A DNA stretch of 64,000 nucleotides from Chlorokybus atmophyticus (Eukaryota; Plantae; Mesostigma and Chlorokybus algae), in NCBI GenBank assembly GCA_009103225.1, contig RHPI01003369.1, positions 84,911 to 148,910 of the forward strand, read 5' to 3'. A program made the translations under genes and the position numbers. The notes under the pieces were generated by a model. That model did not search any database, had not been told where the DNA came from, and was given only the letters and a program-made list of their open reading frames with translations. Within the stretch, counting starts at the first letter, position 1, and the number at the start of each line of letters is the position of its first letter. Below, piece after piece: positions 1 to 11,253 of this stretch.

Positions 1-2015
1 CCCGCCACGCCACGCGAGCGCTACACCTGAGCATTCTACAGGCAAGCGCACACTCTGCATCATAGAAACAAAAGCGCGCGTGCACGCACAAACTCAAGCA
101 CATCTTCTCAAATTGTCGCATGTGCATGCGCAAGTCACTAACGGGTACAACTGTAAGCTGCTGGTGTGGCTAGGTCGCTAGCACATTATAACACGTGGTG
201 TATGATGTGCATGTTGTGTGCAATTGCCTGTTGCACACAACATCACACACCACACGACAGGACCCACGCAAAAATACATCATCACAACCGCCAGCACGTC
301 CGAATCCACTTTTTGCCACTCGCATCCCCTTACTCCATTGCCAGCGCAGCGTTTGCCTCCATCAATAGTGCGAGTACTCATGTAATCTATACTCCGGACT
401 TGGCGTGCACAAGTTCGTATGCGTGCATGTGCATAAGACAACAAACGAGGGGCCGTGAGCTAGGGCAAGATAGGTTGCAGTCCACGCAGCAGAGCCTACG
501 CAGCATATAACATAGCAGCAGCAACAACACGGGGTGGGGGGCCCTCTATGCTAACTATATGCACGAGCTAGCAGCAAGCGAGGAAGGGAGGGGGTTGGGG
601 GAGGGGGAGAACAGCAGAAAGGACCCGGGATCACCTGCCAGCACCAGCAGGAGCGCGTCAGCAACGTCCACGCCACGCAGCAGCAAGCACGACTTGGACT
701 CAAGAACAGCTATGGCCCCACAGTGTGTGCATATGCACACACTGTGTTTGGCATGTAAGTAGGCCTGCAAACATGCACATTGTTAAACTGCCCGTTACAC
801 ACATGCACATGACCATGACATAAGGTGCGAGACTTTATTGGATGTTGATGGGAGAGTTAATGTAGAACGAGCTTAAGTTGCCGGGGATGGTGCAAGGTAG
901 CTTGATTTACACGCAAAAGTTGACTGTAACCATGTGATTGTGATTGGCTGAACTTGTGTGTGATACACATTCAACTCACCAGCCCTCTCCCTCTCCCTTT
1001 GTTGTTAGGTTGTTCCCCTACCCCTACCCTTGATGTTTGCTTAACCATGCCTGCACCCGTTATGACATTTGGATGCACGCACAGACATGCACGTCATGTA
1101 GTTGTGGGTTATGTATTAAATCTAGGCAGCTGCACCCACCGGCCATATTAGTAAGTGTTGCCTTGCCTGCTGTGCGTAGCTTGATGCTCTGCATGTTGCC
1201 TATCCACTCTATACACCGTGAATAAAGTGGATAGGCAACAGAATGGTGACCCTTCTTTATGCCGTATTCCAGAACGGTGTGTTTATTCTTGTTTGCATGC
1301 TTTTTCCAAGTTGCAATTGTTTAATTAAGTAATTGAAATCTCGCTAAACTGCTTAATTCCATGTTTGCTGATTACTGGATACAACTAACTATTGTTTAAC
1401 TCACACCATGTTGCAAGGCTTACAGTGTGCATGCTTATATATATAAGTTGTGCTGAGCCATAAAGCATCTTATATGTGCAAACACAACTTACAGCATAAG
1501 CTCATATCCCCCTCTGTTAAGAAGGATCGTGTTTCATTATAGTGATTAGTTGATGTTTTCGGGTGGAAACTTTTTATAAACAATAGATAATTGCAACACC
1601 TGCTTTCCACCGATAGTACATGGATGTTGCTTATGCCATTGTTGAGAAAGTGTCATTTCCAATATAGTGCATCACATTTTCGTAATAAACCATTTTGGAT
1701 TAAGTCTTGGTATGCTTACTTTGCTAATCAGCAAATGATAGCCATCATGCATCAGCAATAATGCAGCTCGCATGCATTGACAGCGATAACAACTCGTTTG
1801 CTAAGCTCACAATTTTTATGTATAAGACACATTATATTCTGGAAGTATTGACTGTGGTAGTTTGCTTCATCTTGAATTAATAGCGATGAATGTACAAACT
1901 GTATGTTAGATTGATATATTGCGCTTTTCCCTGTTGTGCAGTTGGTGTCTTTAAATATATGCACGCGTATATATGTATATATATATGTGTGTGTGCGTAT
2001 ATGTATACATACATA

Positions 2016-2043
2016 CCGTATTTACCCCATTAGAGTCCCCCCC
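2016..2043 (+). repeat. left TIR of pogo-type element
   Basis: Reverse complement of 11226-11253 with one mismatch; preceded by TA. Confidence 0.9.
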
Positions 2044-3555
2044 CCTAATCTAGTCCCCCTCTGCAAAATCGAGGGGGGGACTTTATTATCACCTTATAGT
2101 CCCCCCTCCGGTTTAGTGTCCNCCCCCCCCCCGCACACGAGTTGCAAAGTTGCAGTCCATCACATATTGTGTTACACAATGCAGCAAAACAATATGATGT
2201 TCAACAACTTCTTCAAGCTTAACAACAAGAAAGAGTCATTACTTGCATTGCTAAGTATGTGTGTTCTCTACTCATCTTCACTATCTTCACTACCCAAGTC
2301 ATCATTGTCACTCTGACCGTCCTCGTCGTCCGCAAGGTTGATGACGCGGTTCTGAGCTTGCGCAGTAGCAGCCTCTTCCTCGCGCCCTTGCAGCTCCTTC
2401 AGTTGCTCCTGCTCGCAAAGCTCCTGTTCCTCAAGTGGCAGCTCCTCCGCATCCAACACCTCATCCTCCCCCTCGTCCTCCTCCTCAGCTACCTCTGGCG
2501 CTTCAGCTGTGGTGTTGTCAAGGAGGATGCCTGCCTTCCTAAAAGCGTTGTGGATGATGCGAACATTGAGCTCCTCCCAACACTCCACCACCCACTGCAG
2601 CAGAGTCGACCAATCAACGTGGCGCAAGTTTCCGCCAGCAGTGTAGGAATGATTGCTCTCATTCGCCATCCAGAATGCCCACTGCACACACACGATATCA
2701 ATGCTTGCGTTGACACACACAACATGCACACTCAGCACCCACAGCACCAGCACATACCTTTGCCCTCATCATATCTTTGAAGGGCTTGTTGACACCAACG
2801 TCGAGAGGCTGCAGCACTGGAGTGCAACCTCCCGGGATGACCGCCATGTCAACACTTGCCTGCTGCACGGCTTGTTTGACTGACTTGCAAAGATGTGCGG
2901 AGAAGCTGTCCCAAATCAGAAGTGCCCTTGTGCCGAACACGCGCTTGGGTCTCCTGCGCAGCACCTGTTGCACCCATTCAAGCACATGCACTTCGTCCAT
3001 CCAGCCCTTTTCGTTTGCCCAAACGATGATGCCAGCTGGTACTTTCAGGTCTGATGGCAGCGTCTTGCGCTTGAGTATGACCACCGGAGGTAGCTTTGTG
3101 CCGTCTAACGCGCATGCTAGTACGATCGTCAAAGCCTTTTTCTCATTCCCAGTGGTGCGGATGCTGACTGTTCATGCACCTTGCTGACTGACTGTGCGCG
3201 CGCTCGGCATGTCAACAACCATAGGGACCTCATCCATGTTGACCACGCCAGATGCAGCATAATGATGACGCTCTCGCATGAGAGTGATGAATGTCTGATG
3301 CCCTTCTATCTTCTGCAGTAAATCAGCAGGCAACTTCTGCCCTACTTTTGTGCGAACGCGCACAGCTAAGTCAAAGCGACGCATGAAACGCACAACCCAA
3401 TTCAACGACACCTTCAACTCCCAAGTTTGTACATCAGCCTGCTCATTGTTGCCCTCCTCTTCATATTCTTCCTGTTGCTCAGTCACCTTCTTATTGTGAT
3501 CAGCTACCAGCTGACGTGCCACACGCTGCAACAAACACAACATAAGGAATCACTC

Positions 3556-4081
3556 TGTAACAGCACCACCGTCGCCGGTGATGCCCCTTCAATCCTCTAC
3601 CCCAATACCCACACCGCCTATGACAAGCCTTTCAGCGGCGTGGCCGCCACTGAGCAGAGAACTGAAAGTCCCCACATCAGATTGATGTGACCTTTTATAT
3701 CAAGAGTATATCAACTATATAACTCTCGATAATTAACTCACAACTAGATATCGACCCTACAGATAGGGTAGTTAGGAAATCTAGCGTGAGCCAATCACAG
3801 CTCAGATAAGGTACCTATCGATAAGGTACCTATCCAAAGATACCTATCGTAAGGTACCTAACGAGATAGTGATCACATTATATCGAATGTGACACTAAAT
3901 AGGCTTGAATAAGCGGTTCTACACCCATTGGGACTTATTTAAGCTATGATAAAGCATCATAGCCTTTAATAAGCGAGGAACCGTAGAAAAGAGGTATAAA
4001 TAAGCATATTTAAATACTTATTCATACAAAATGTGTTATTCAGGTAGCAATAATACCCCTATTATTATTGCTCCCGTTACA
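3556..4081 (-). repeat. 3' LTR
   Basis: TGTAAC...GTTACA termini; differs from 9461-9986 at two positions by eye (3606 and 3727). Confidence 0.96.
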
Positions 4082-4094
4082 TTCCCCCCCACTT
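4082..4094 (-). promoter_or_regulatory. polypurine tract (PPT)
   Basis: Minus strand AAGTGGGGGGGAA immediately precedes the 3' LTR. Confidence 0.8.
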
Positions 4095-4228
4095 AGGTTT
4101 TCAACGTCCTCGTTGAACTCAAGTTGATCAGGCTTGATTTCGAGTAATTGTAACCAGTGAGATAGCAGGAAATGACAGGGTGGTAATGAAACTGCACTGC
4201 CAGTCTGTCATAAAACCAAGCCCACAGT

Positions 4229-7223
4229 TTATGGGACAGGACATGAATCCCAATAAGCTCGAAGCAACTCGCGGCAGTGCGTAAGATGCCTGTCGGGCTC
4301 CCAACTGTTATGTTCCGGGCCATACCCTTTCCATTTCACCAAATAGCGAGTTGCGCGTCCTCGACCATTTAGCTTATGGTTCAATATAGCTTCCACCTCG
4401 TATTCGAGCTCGCTGTCCACCTCAACTGGCGGTGGTGGAGGCTGTGTTCTACCGTCTGAGCGGTAAGGTTTCAACAAGTTTACATGAAACACGTTGTGTA
4501 TACGCACACTTGGGGGCAATTGCAGTCGATAAGCGTGCGTACCAACTCTATCAGTGATAGAGAAAGGACCTAACCATCGGGGCAGCAACTTGCGAGCACC
4601 CGTACCTTTGATGGTTATGTTTTTTGCATTCAGCAAAACTTTATCGCCGACATCGAAAGTGGCCATTTTTCGATGTGTATCAGCATAAGCTTTTTGCCTG
4701 TCCTGTGCTTCTGACAGACACAGCTTGGCTCGAGCCAAATTTTCTTGCATATTAGTGGCAAATTCCTTTGCCGCTGGCACAGTCAGGGCATTGCGAGGTA
4801 CACGCAATGACGCTGGTGTGTTTGGGCGAATCCCATAATTCAAGAAAAATGGGGTTTCCTTTACACTTTCTTGCCACGCGTTGTTCACAGCGAACTCTGC
4901 CATTGGCAAGTACCTGTCCCAATCAGCATGATTAGGAGCCACATAGTGGCGAAGCATTTCTTCCAGTATTTGATTTGCTCGCTCAGTTTGACCGTCCGTT
5001 TGCGGGTGGAAAGCAGTCGACATGCTTTGTTTTACTCCCAACAATTCACAGACTTCTCGCCAAAACTTGGAGACAAAACGAGGATCACGATCTGTGACAA
5101 GTTCACGCGGTATACCGTGAACGCGAAAGACCGTGGACACAAATAAGTGTGCCAAGTCCCGTGCACTTACAGTTGTGCAACACGGGGCAAAATGCACCAT
5201 TTTAGTCAAACGGTCGACAAAAACCACAATAGCAGTGTATTTAGCTGCTGTTTCAGGTAGGTCAGTAATCAAATCCATACTGACACTATCCCACTTTTGT
5301 TCTGGAATTGCCAATGGTTTAAGCAATCCCGCTTGTTTTTGTCGTAGTGGCTTATTACGTTGACACACGTCACATGTGCGAACATATTGATCCACGTCAG
5401 CTGACATTGACGGCCACCAGTATAACTGTTGCGCAGATTTGAGTGTTTTGTGTTTCCCCAAATGCCCAGCATACGGCGGGTCATGCACTGAATGTAAGCA
5501 TTGCTTACGCAAGTCGCCCGAGTTGGGAATTGCCAACTGCTCCCCTTTATACCACAGATTGCTAACAGCAGTAAGCTGTTGCAAGTTGGTTTGACTGCTA
5601 AACCAATCATCTGAGTTATAACCTGTGGACACTTCTTTTAAGAAAGGATCTTCAGGCTGTTGTACATTACGCGTACTTCGAGAGCGCGTAAGTGCCAAAA
5701 GAGCAGGGCTGCGACTTAGTGGATCCGCCACATTGGTGCGACCCGGACGGTATTGCCAAGTGAAAGTGAAACGAGAAATGAATTCATTCCACCTAGCTTG
5801 CCGCCTCGACAGATTTTGTTGCGTATGAAAGAATGTGAGCGGGTTGTGATCAGTAATCACTGAAAACTCCACCCCTTCCAAGTAGCAACGCCATGTGCGC
5901 AGCGCGTGCACCACCCCGAGCAATTCCTGCTCAGTGGTTGTGTAATTACGTTCAGCAGGAATGAACTTCTTGCTTTCATATGCACATGGTCTGTCATCTT
6001 GTAGAAGGACTGCCCCACACCCAATGGTGGAAGCATCACTAATCACCACAAAAGGCTTGGTGTGGTCGGGGAAGGCTAACACAGGGGCTTGTGTCAATGC
6101 ATCTTTAATGCGTGTAAAAGCAACCTCGTGTGCCTCCGTCCACACAAATTTAACATCTTTTCTTAGTAAAGATGTTAAAGGGTTTGCCATGCCAGAATAT
6201 GCTCGCATGAACTTGCGGAAATAATTGGCTAGCCCCAAGAAAGCACGTAACTGATGTACATCCTTGGGTGGTGGCCAATTTTTTACCGCACACACCTTCT
6301 GAGGATCTGGTTTCAATCCTTCTTTGCCAATCACATGCCATAAAAAGGGTAGTTCATCCTTTGCAAAGTTGCATTTGGACAGGTTGGCATAGAATTTGTG
6401 TTCACGTAATCTAGCTAGAACCAATTCCACATGTTTGTGGTGGTCCTCCCGGGTTTTGCTGAACACAATAATGTCGTCCAGATATACCAGTACAAACTTG
6501 TACAATTCATCAGCAAATACCGCATTCATTGCTGTCTGAAATGTAGCCGGTGCANTTGTTAACCCAAATGGCATTCATTGCTGTCTGAAATGTAGCCGGT
6601 GCATTTGTTAACCCAAATGGTAACACTTTATACTCAAAGTGTCCTAGTGGGGTGCGAAATGCAGTTTTTTGTATATCCGACGGGTGGATTTTGATTTGAT
6701 GATAACCACTGGTCAAATCCAGCGTGCTGAACACTGTTGCACCTGACAGCTTATCAAACAAATCATCAATCCGAGGCAAAGGGTATCTGTTTTTCACAGT
6801 GACCTTGTTCAACGCACGGTAATCAATACACATGCGTAGCTTGCCATTCTTTTTGGGCACAAACAAAATTGGTGCACCAAAAGGAGATATGCTCTTTGTT
6901 ATTAAACCTTTGTCCAATAACTCTTTGAGCTGTTTTTCCATCTCCGCGTGTTCTAAGGGACTTAGCCTGTATATAGGCCGCCAAGGTGGCTTTGCCCCCT
7001 CTTCTAACGGAATGGTATGATGTATGTTTCGATCGGGAGGCAACTCTGGGAGTTCATCCTGAAATACATCTGCGTATTGTTCCGTAAGTGACTGCACCAC
7101 AGGGTCACTGATAGCCTGTTCAGCAGGTGTTTCCACCTGTCGTAAGTGCAGTAAGTATACTTCCTCACGTTTACGCATGCAACGTTTCAATTGCATAGCA
7201 GAGAGGAGCGGAACATTATCGCG
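4229..7223 (-). CDS. pol: retrotransposon Pol (RT, RNase H, integrase with GPY/F motif, chromodomain); N-terminal part lies in the N gap
   Basis: [49 protein letters not shown], chromodomain [10 protein letters not shown]...[17 protein letters not shown]. The break at 6522-6619 is a 49-bp tandem duplicate containing an N, probably an assembly artefact. Confidence 0.93.
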
Positions 7224-7484
7224 NNNNNNNNNNNNNNNNNNNNNNNNNNNNNNNNNNNNNNNNNNNNNNNNNNNNNNNNNNNNNNNNNNNNNNNNNNNNN
7301 NNNNNNNNNNNNNNNNNNNNNNNNNNNNNNNNNNNNNNNNNNNNNNNNNNNNNNNNNNNNNNNNNNNNNNNNNNNNNNNNNNNNNNNNNNNNNNNNNNNN
7401 NNNNNNNNNNNNNNNNNNNNNNNNNNNNNNNNNNNNNNNNNNNNNNNNNNNNNNNNNNNNNNNNNNNNNNNNNNNNNNNNNNNN
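7224..7484. other. assembly gap
   Basis: N run; hides the gag-protease junction. Confidence 1.
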
Positions 7485-8443
7485 TGAGATGGTTTCGCCT
7501 TTTTCACAAAAGGTTTGTTGCCAGTGGCCGGGCGCTTTGCAGCTGAAACCGGGGCTGCCTCTTTTGCCGTGGTTTGCATGTTGGCGTGAGAGCGTTTTAC
7601 ACTGTCCACAGCAGCAACCATCTGCATCAGCATTGGTAAATCCGTCGAGGCCCACTCTTGCAAACTCGCGGGGTTGACGGCCACATGCTGCACGAGATCT
7701 GTGTCCAAGCCACGCCTGAACATATCCAGCTGATCAGCATCACTGATAGGTAGTTTGCCAGCATTGATCTTGCTGACAAACGACTGAAAATCCTGGATAT
7801 ACTGCTGAACCGGACGCCCGTTCTGACGCAGGTTGTGCAGCTGGTTGCGAGCAACCTGGGCAGGATCTGCGCCACCATAGCGCTGCTCCATGAAAAAGCA
7901 CAACTGATTTACCCGCCCGAGGTTGGTATCCCGTTGCTTACGGCGATACCACTCTGCCAAAGCATCGTTTGGGATCAGCAACTCAGCTACACGCAATTTC
8001 CCCTCCTCAGAAATGTGAAGGGAGTTGACATAGTGTCGCAACTTCACAAGCCAGTCGAAGATGGCCGCTTGCTTGTTGGGAACAAACTCGGCAGGACGAG
8101 CAAGTGCTTGAACAGGTGGACCACCGTCAGCACGCTGCAGACGCTCGATCATATTCAGAACACGTTTGCCTTCACCCATCTGCCCCTCCCAATCTCGCCC
8201 CATAAAGGTGGTGAGCTTTGAAACTTTTTCTGCCAATAGGAAGAGAAAGTTCACGAATGAGACAATTGCCTCACGAGGGTCCTGATCATAGGTGCTAAGG
8301 AAATGCTCCATCAAGTCCTGCTGTGTCATGCGAATAGAAAACTCAGGGAATATAGAAGGTGATCTATCATCCACTGAAGCTTCCGCAGCTTTAGCAGCTT
8401 GAGACTCATCATGTGCATCATCCGGATTCGGAATATCTTCCAT
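7485..8443 (-). CDS. gag: retrotransposon Gag (3' end in N gap)
   Basis: ORF starting at ATG 8443, upstream of pol, with a Gag-like helical region (LHNLRQNGRPVQQYIQDF...FRRGLD). Confidence 0.8.
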
Positions 8444-8699
8444 GGATGGAAATTCCTCCTCACGGGAAAGTTGCTCTTTTTCTGAGCTCTCCCCTTTTCA
8501 GGTGGGCACCGAGTTTTCTTCCATTTGCCTGCAAAACAGGCAGAATGGGATGGTGAGAACCTCACCAATGGACCAGGTTTAACGAGAGGATCAAAATGAC
8601 CCCAAGTTGTAAAAGTCCCAAACAGAGTCCAAACCAGTCCCAAAATAGGAAAGGTTGGATCTGGAGTGTCACCAAACAGAACAAGTCTGAGTGGGACCA

Positions 8700-9180
8700 G
8701 AATGTCCTAACCCTGTGTTGTCCTTAACCAAGTCCCAATCTCCAGGCCGAAGCCAGAGGGGGAGGGGTTCAGACTAACAGGGTTTGGGAACAGAATGTCC
8801 TAGAACCTCCCCACAACTGTCCTAACCAAGTCTCGATCTCCAGGCCGAAGCCAGAGGGGGAGGGTTTGGGAACAGTTTGGTTTGGAACTTACGGACCCGG
8901 GTCAAACGACCCGGCAAAGCCGCTGGCAGGTCACAGGTACGTCACAGGCATGCAACAGGCAAGCCACAGGCATGCAACAGGCAAGCCGCACGGTGACTAA
9001 CTGTGACATGCACTGGCAAGCACAATGACAAGCAATCACCGCATGCAATGACAGGCAATCACTGCAAGCAATGATAGTGCACTAAGTGTGACAAACAGTG
9101 ATGGCACACTAGCAAGCCGCAATCACCGCATGCAATGACAGGCAATCACTGCAAGCAATGATAGTGCACTGGCAAGCCAC
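8700..9180. repeat. direct repeats in the retrotransposon 5' leader
   Basis: CCTAACCAAGTC..ATCTCCAGGCCGAAGCCAGAGGGG occurs twice (~8724, ~8822); a ~50-bp unit CAATCACCGCATGCAATGACAGGCAATCACTGCAAGCAATGATAGTGCACT occurs twice (~9032, ~9120); multiple GGCAAGC units. Confidence 0.75.
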
Positions 9181-9445
9181 TGTGTGATGTGCATGAAAGT
9201 ACACACGTGCACCTGGCAAGCACCTGGCAAGCAGCTGACAAGCAGGCAAGCAGGCAAGTCACCGACGTGTGATGGTACCTCAACGTGGAGAGGCCGCCTT
9301 TTTGATAGGTGGCTTCAACGTGGAGGTAGCGCAGGGAAGCAAACTTGAAGCTTGGGCTGCGTGGACGAATAGGAGGCCGCCGCCGACGCTTCTGATTGGC
9401 CGAAAGCAGGTCGCCGCCCCCTATAAGTACCCACGTCACCCCCCA

Positions 9446-9459
9446 GCTCCTGGATACCA
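9446..9459 (-). promoter_or_regulatory. primer-binding site (variant)
   Basis: TGGTATCCAGGAGC lies 1 nt after the 5' LTR; it shares TGGTATC with the plant tRNA-iMet PBS TGGTATCAGAGC. Confidence 0.7.
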
Positions 9460-9460
9460 A

Positions 9461-9986
9461 TGTAACAGCACCACCGTCGCCGGTGATGCCCCTTCAATCC
9501 TCTACCCCAACACCCACACCGCCTATGACAAGCCTTTCAGCGGCGTGGCCGCCACTGAGCAGAGAACTGAAAGTCCCCACATCAGATTGATGTGACCTTT
9601 TATATCAAGAGTATATCAACTATATAACTCTTGATAATTAACTCACAACTAGATATCGACCCTACAGATAGGGTAGTTAGGAAATCTAGCGTGAGCCAAT
9701 CACAGCTCAGATAAGGTACCTATCGATAAGGTACCTATCCAAAGATACCTATCGTAAGGTACCTAACGAGATAGTGATCACATTATATCGAATGTGACAC
9801 TAAATAGGCTTGAATAAGCGGTTCTACACCCATTGGGACTTATTTAAGCTATGATAAAGCATCATAGCCTTTAATAAGCGAGGAACCGTAGAAAAGAGGT
9901 ATAAATAAGCATATTTAAATACTTATTCATACAAAATGTGTTATTCAGGTAGCAATAATACCCCTATTATTATTGCTCCCGTTACA
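9461..9986 (-). repeat. 5' LTR
   Basis: Same 526-bp sequence as 3556-4081; adjacent to the PBS on the minus strand. Confidence 0.96.
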
Positions 9987-11225
9987 CACTCGGTGCAAGC
10001 ATAATGTGCACAACACATGCGCACATGCACACGTGACTGCACATGCATGTGTGAAGTAGTGCTGATCAGGTGCTCACCTGTATCATTAGTTGCGTGACAG
10101 CATTGCCCTTTGACCGCATCTTCACTATCCAGTCATACACCAGAATGTCAAGCTTAGGGAATGCCACATTACGGCCGCCGCCTGGTAGCCGACAAGCGGT
10201 GGCGCAGGCTGACTTGATCTCCAACTCTTTTTTCAGCCACATGCGTAGAGACTTGGCGTGAATGCCTGTCTCACGCTCTGTCCTTTTTATGCCCATGTGC
10301 TTTGCCATTGCTATGAATTTCCTCTGCATCAGAACAAAGTCGTTAGCTGCTGCTAGCTGCGCAAGCATGCTGAGTACAACAACAACAGTAAAACAGCAAC
10401 AATAACAACAACACCAATGCGAACACATCATCAGTTACTGTTGGCTAAAGCTTGGGCATGCTCAGCAACAACACAACAACAACAACAACAACAAGCATGC
10501 TGAGAACAACAACAACAACAACAACAACACATGATAGCTTACTGTTGGCAGGCTCAAGCATACGCATGCTCAAGCATATGCATATGCATATGCATGCTCA
10601 GCAACACACCACCACCACCACCAACAACAACAACAACTTGAACTCACGCTTGTACTTGCTGACTACAAGCACAAACAATGCCAAGCAGGCCACTGGCAGC
10701 AAGTTGCTGTACCTTTTGGAAAACGGTGAAGGCTCTCCTCTTGTAACGACGCTGAGAGCCATCGCCACGACGTGGCGCGTTGACTCGTTTATTGACGCCA
10801 GCAGGCCGCTGTCCTGCAGCGTCTTGAGCCGCTGCAGCAGAGGCTTACGCTGCTGCAGCAGCAGCCCGAGCTCTGGCGGCGCCTTCCGCTGCTAGTTTGG
10901 CGGCCACCTCTGCCTCCTTGGCCTCCCGCTCGAGACGTGACTGTGCCGCATGCCTGGCCGCCCTGCTCAAGGACGCCATGCCCTCGCATGAGCGCCGCCG
11001 CCGTCACCGTGCAGTCTGCCCGCCAAAATTTACAAATTGCTTGGCGGCGCAGTCAGTTGGCGCCAATACACGCTAACCACTTGAGTTACGCGTAAATCGT
11101 ATCTGAAATACTCAGTTACAGTAGTTACTGTAATTACTGCTACACAATAGTATCCCCCGCGTCTAACACAGTCCCCCCCAAATACAGTCCCCCCTGGCAA
11201 AATCGAGGGGGGGACTGTATAAAAA

Positions 11226-11253
11226 GGGGGGGACTCCAATGGGGTAAATACGG
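11226..11253 (-). repeat. right TIR of pogo-type element
   Basis: GGGGGGGACTCCAATGGGGTAAATACGG followed by TA. Confidence 0.9.

Larger units (their letters stand above)
3556..9986 (-). mobile_element. full-length Ty3/gypsy chromovirus LTR retrotransposon
   Basis: Two 526-bp TG...CA LTRs, 5-bp TSD CACTC at 3551-3555 and 9987-9991, gag, pol in RT-RNaseH-INT order with a C-terminal chromodomain, PBS and PPT present. Confidence 0.96.
2268..10979 (-). pseudogene. pogo-family transposase (HTH/CENP-B-type DNA-binding region plus DDE_1 DD35D domain), spliced, with a premature stop
   Basis: Exons ~10350-10078 (RLPGGGRNVAFPKLDILVYDWIVKMRSKGNAVTQLMIQ), 3525-2758 (VVNMDEVP, LIWDSFSAH, LQPLDVGVNKPFK) and 2681-2268 (acidic tail). 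35 residues separate the second and third Asp. In-frame TGA at 3174-3172 in GA*TVSIRTTGNEK. The 5' exons near 10979-10713 are uncertain and appear frameshifted. Confidence 0.8.
2016..11253 (-). mobile_element. pogo-type (Tc1/mariner superfamily) DNA transposon, ~2.8 kb native length, interrupted by an LTR retrotransposon
   Basis: 28-bp TIRs CCGTATTTACCCCATT(A/G)GAGTCCCCCCC at 2016-2043 and 11226-11253 (27/28 identical), TA on both outer sides (2014-2015, 11254-11255), internal spliced transposase on the minus strand. Confidence 0.88.

Noticed and set aside
6522-6619. Apparent programmed frameshift or split within pol
   Set aside because: It is an exact 49-bp tandem duplicate containing an N at 6555, typical of a contig-join artefact, and there is no slippery site.
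9269-9595. Antisense ORF running into the LTR (also 3427-3690 and 63561-63884)
   Set aside because: Short, not conserved in frame in the solo LTR context, and without recognisable motifs.
10452-10895. Thr/Asn-rich ORF
   Set aside because: It is a translation of (CAA)n/(CAC)n microsatellites and the antisense of transposase exons.
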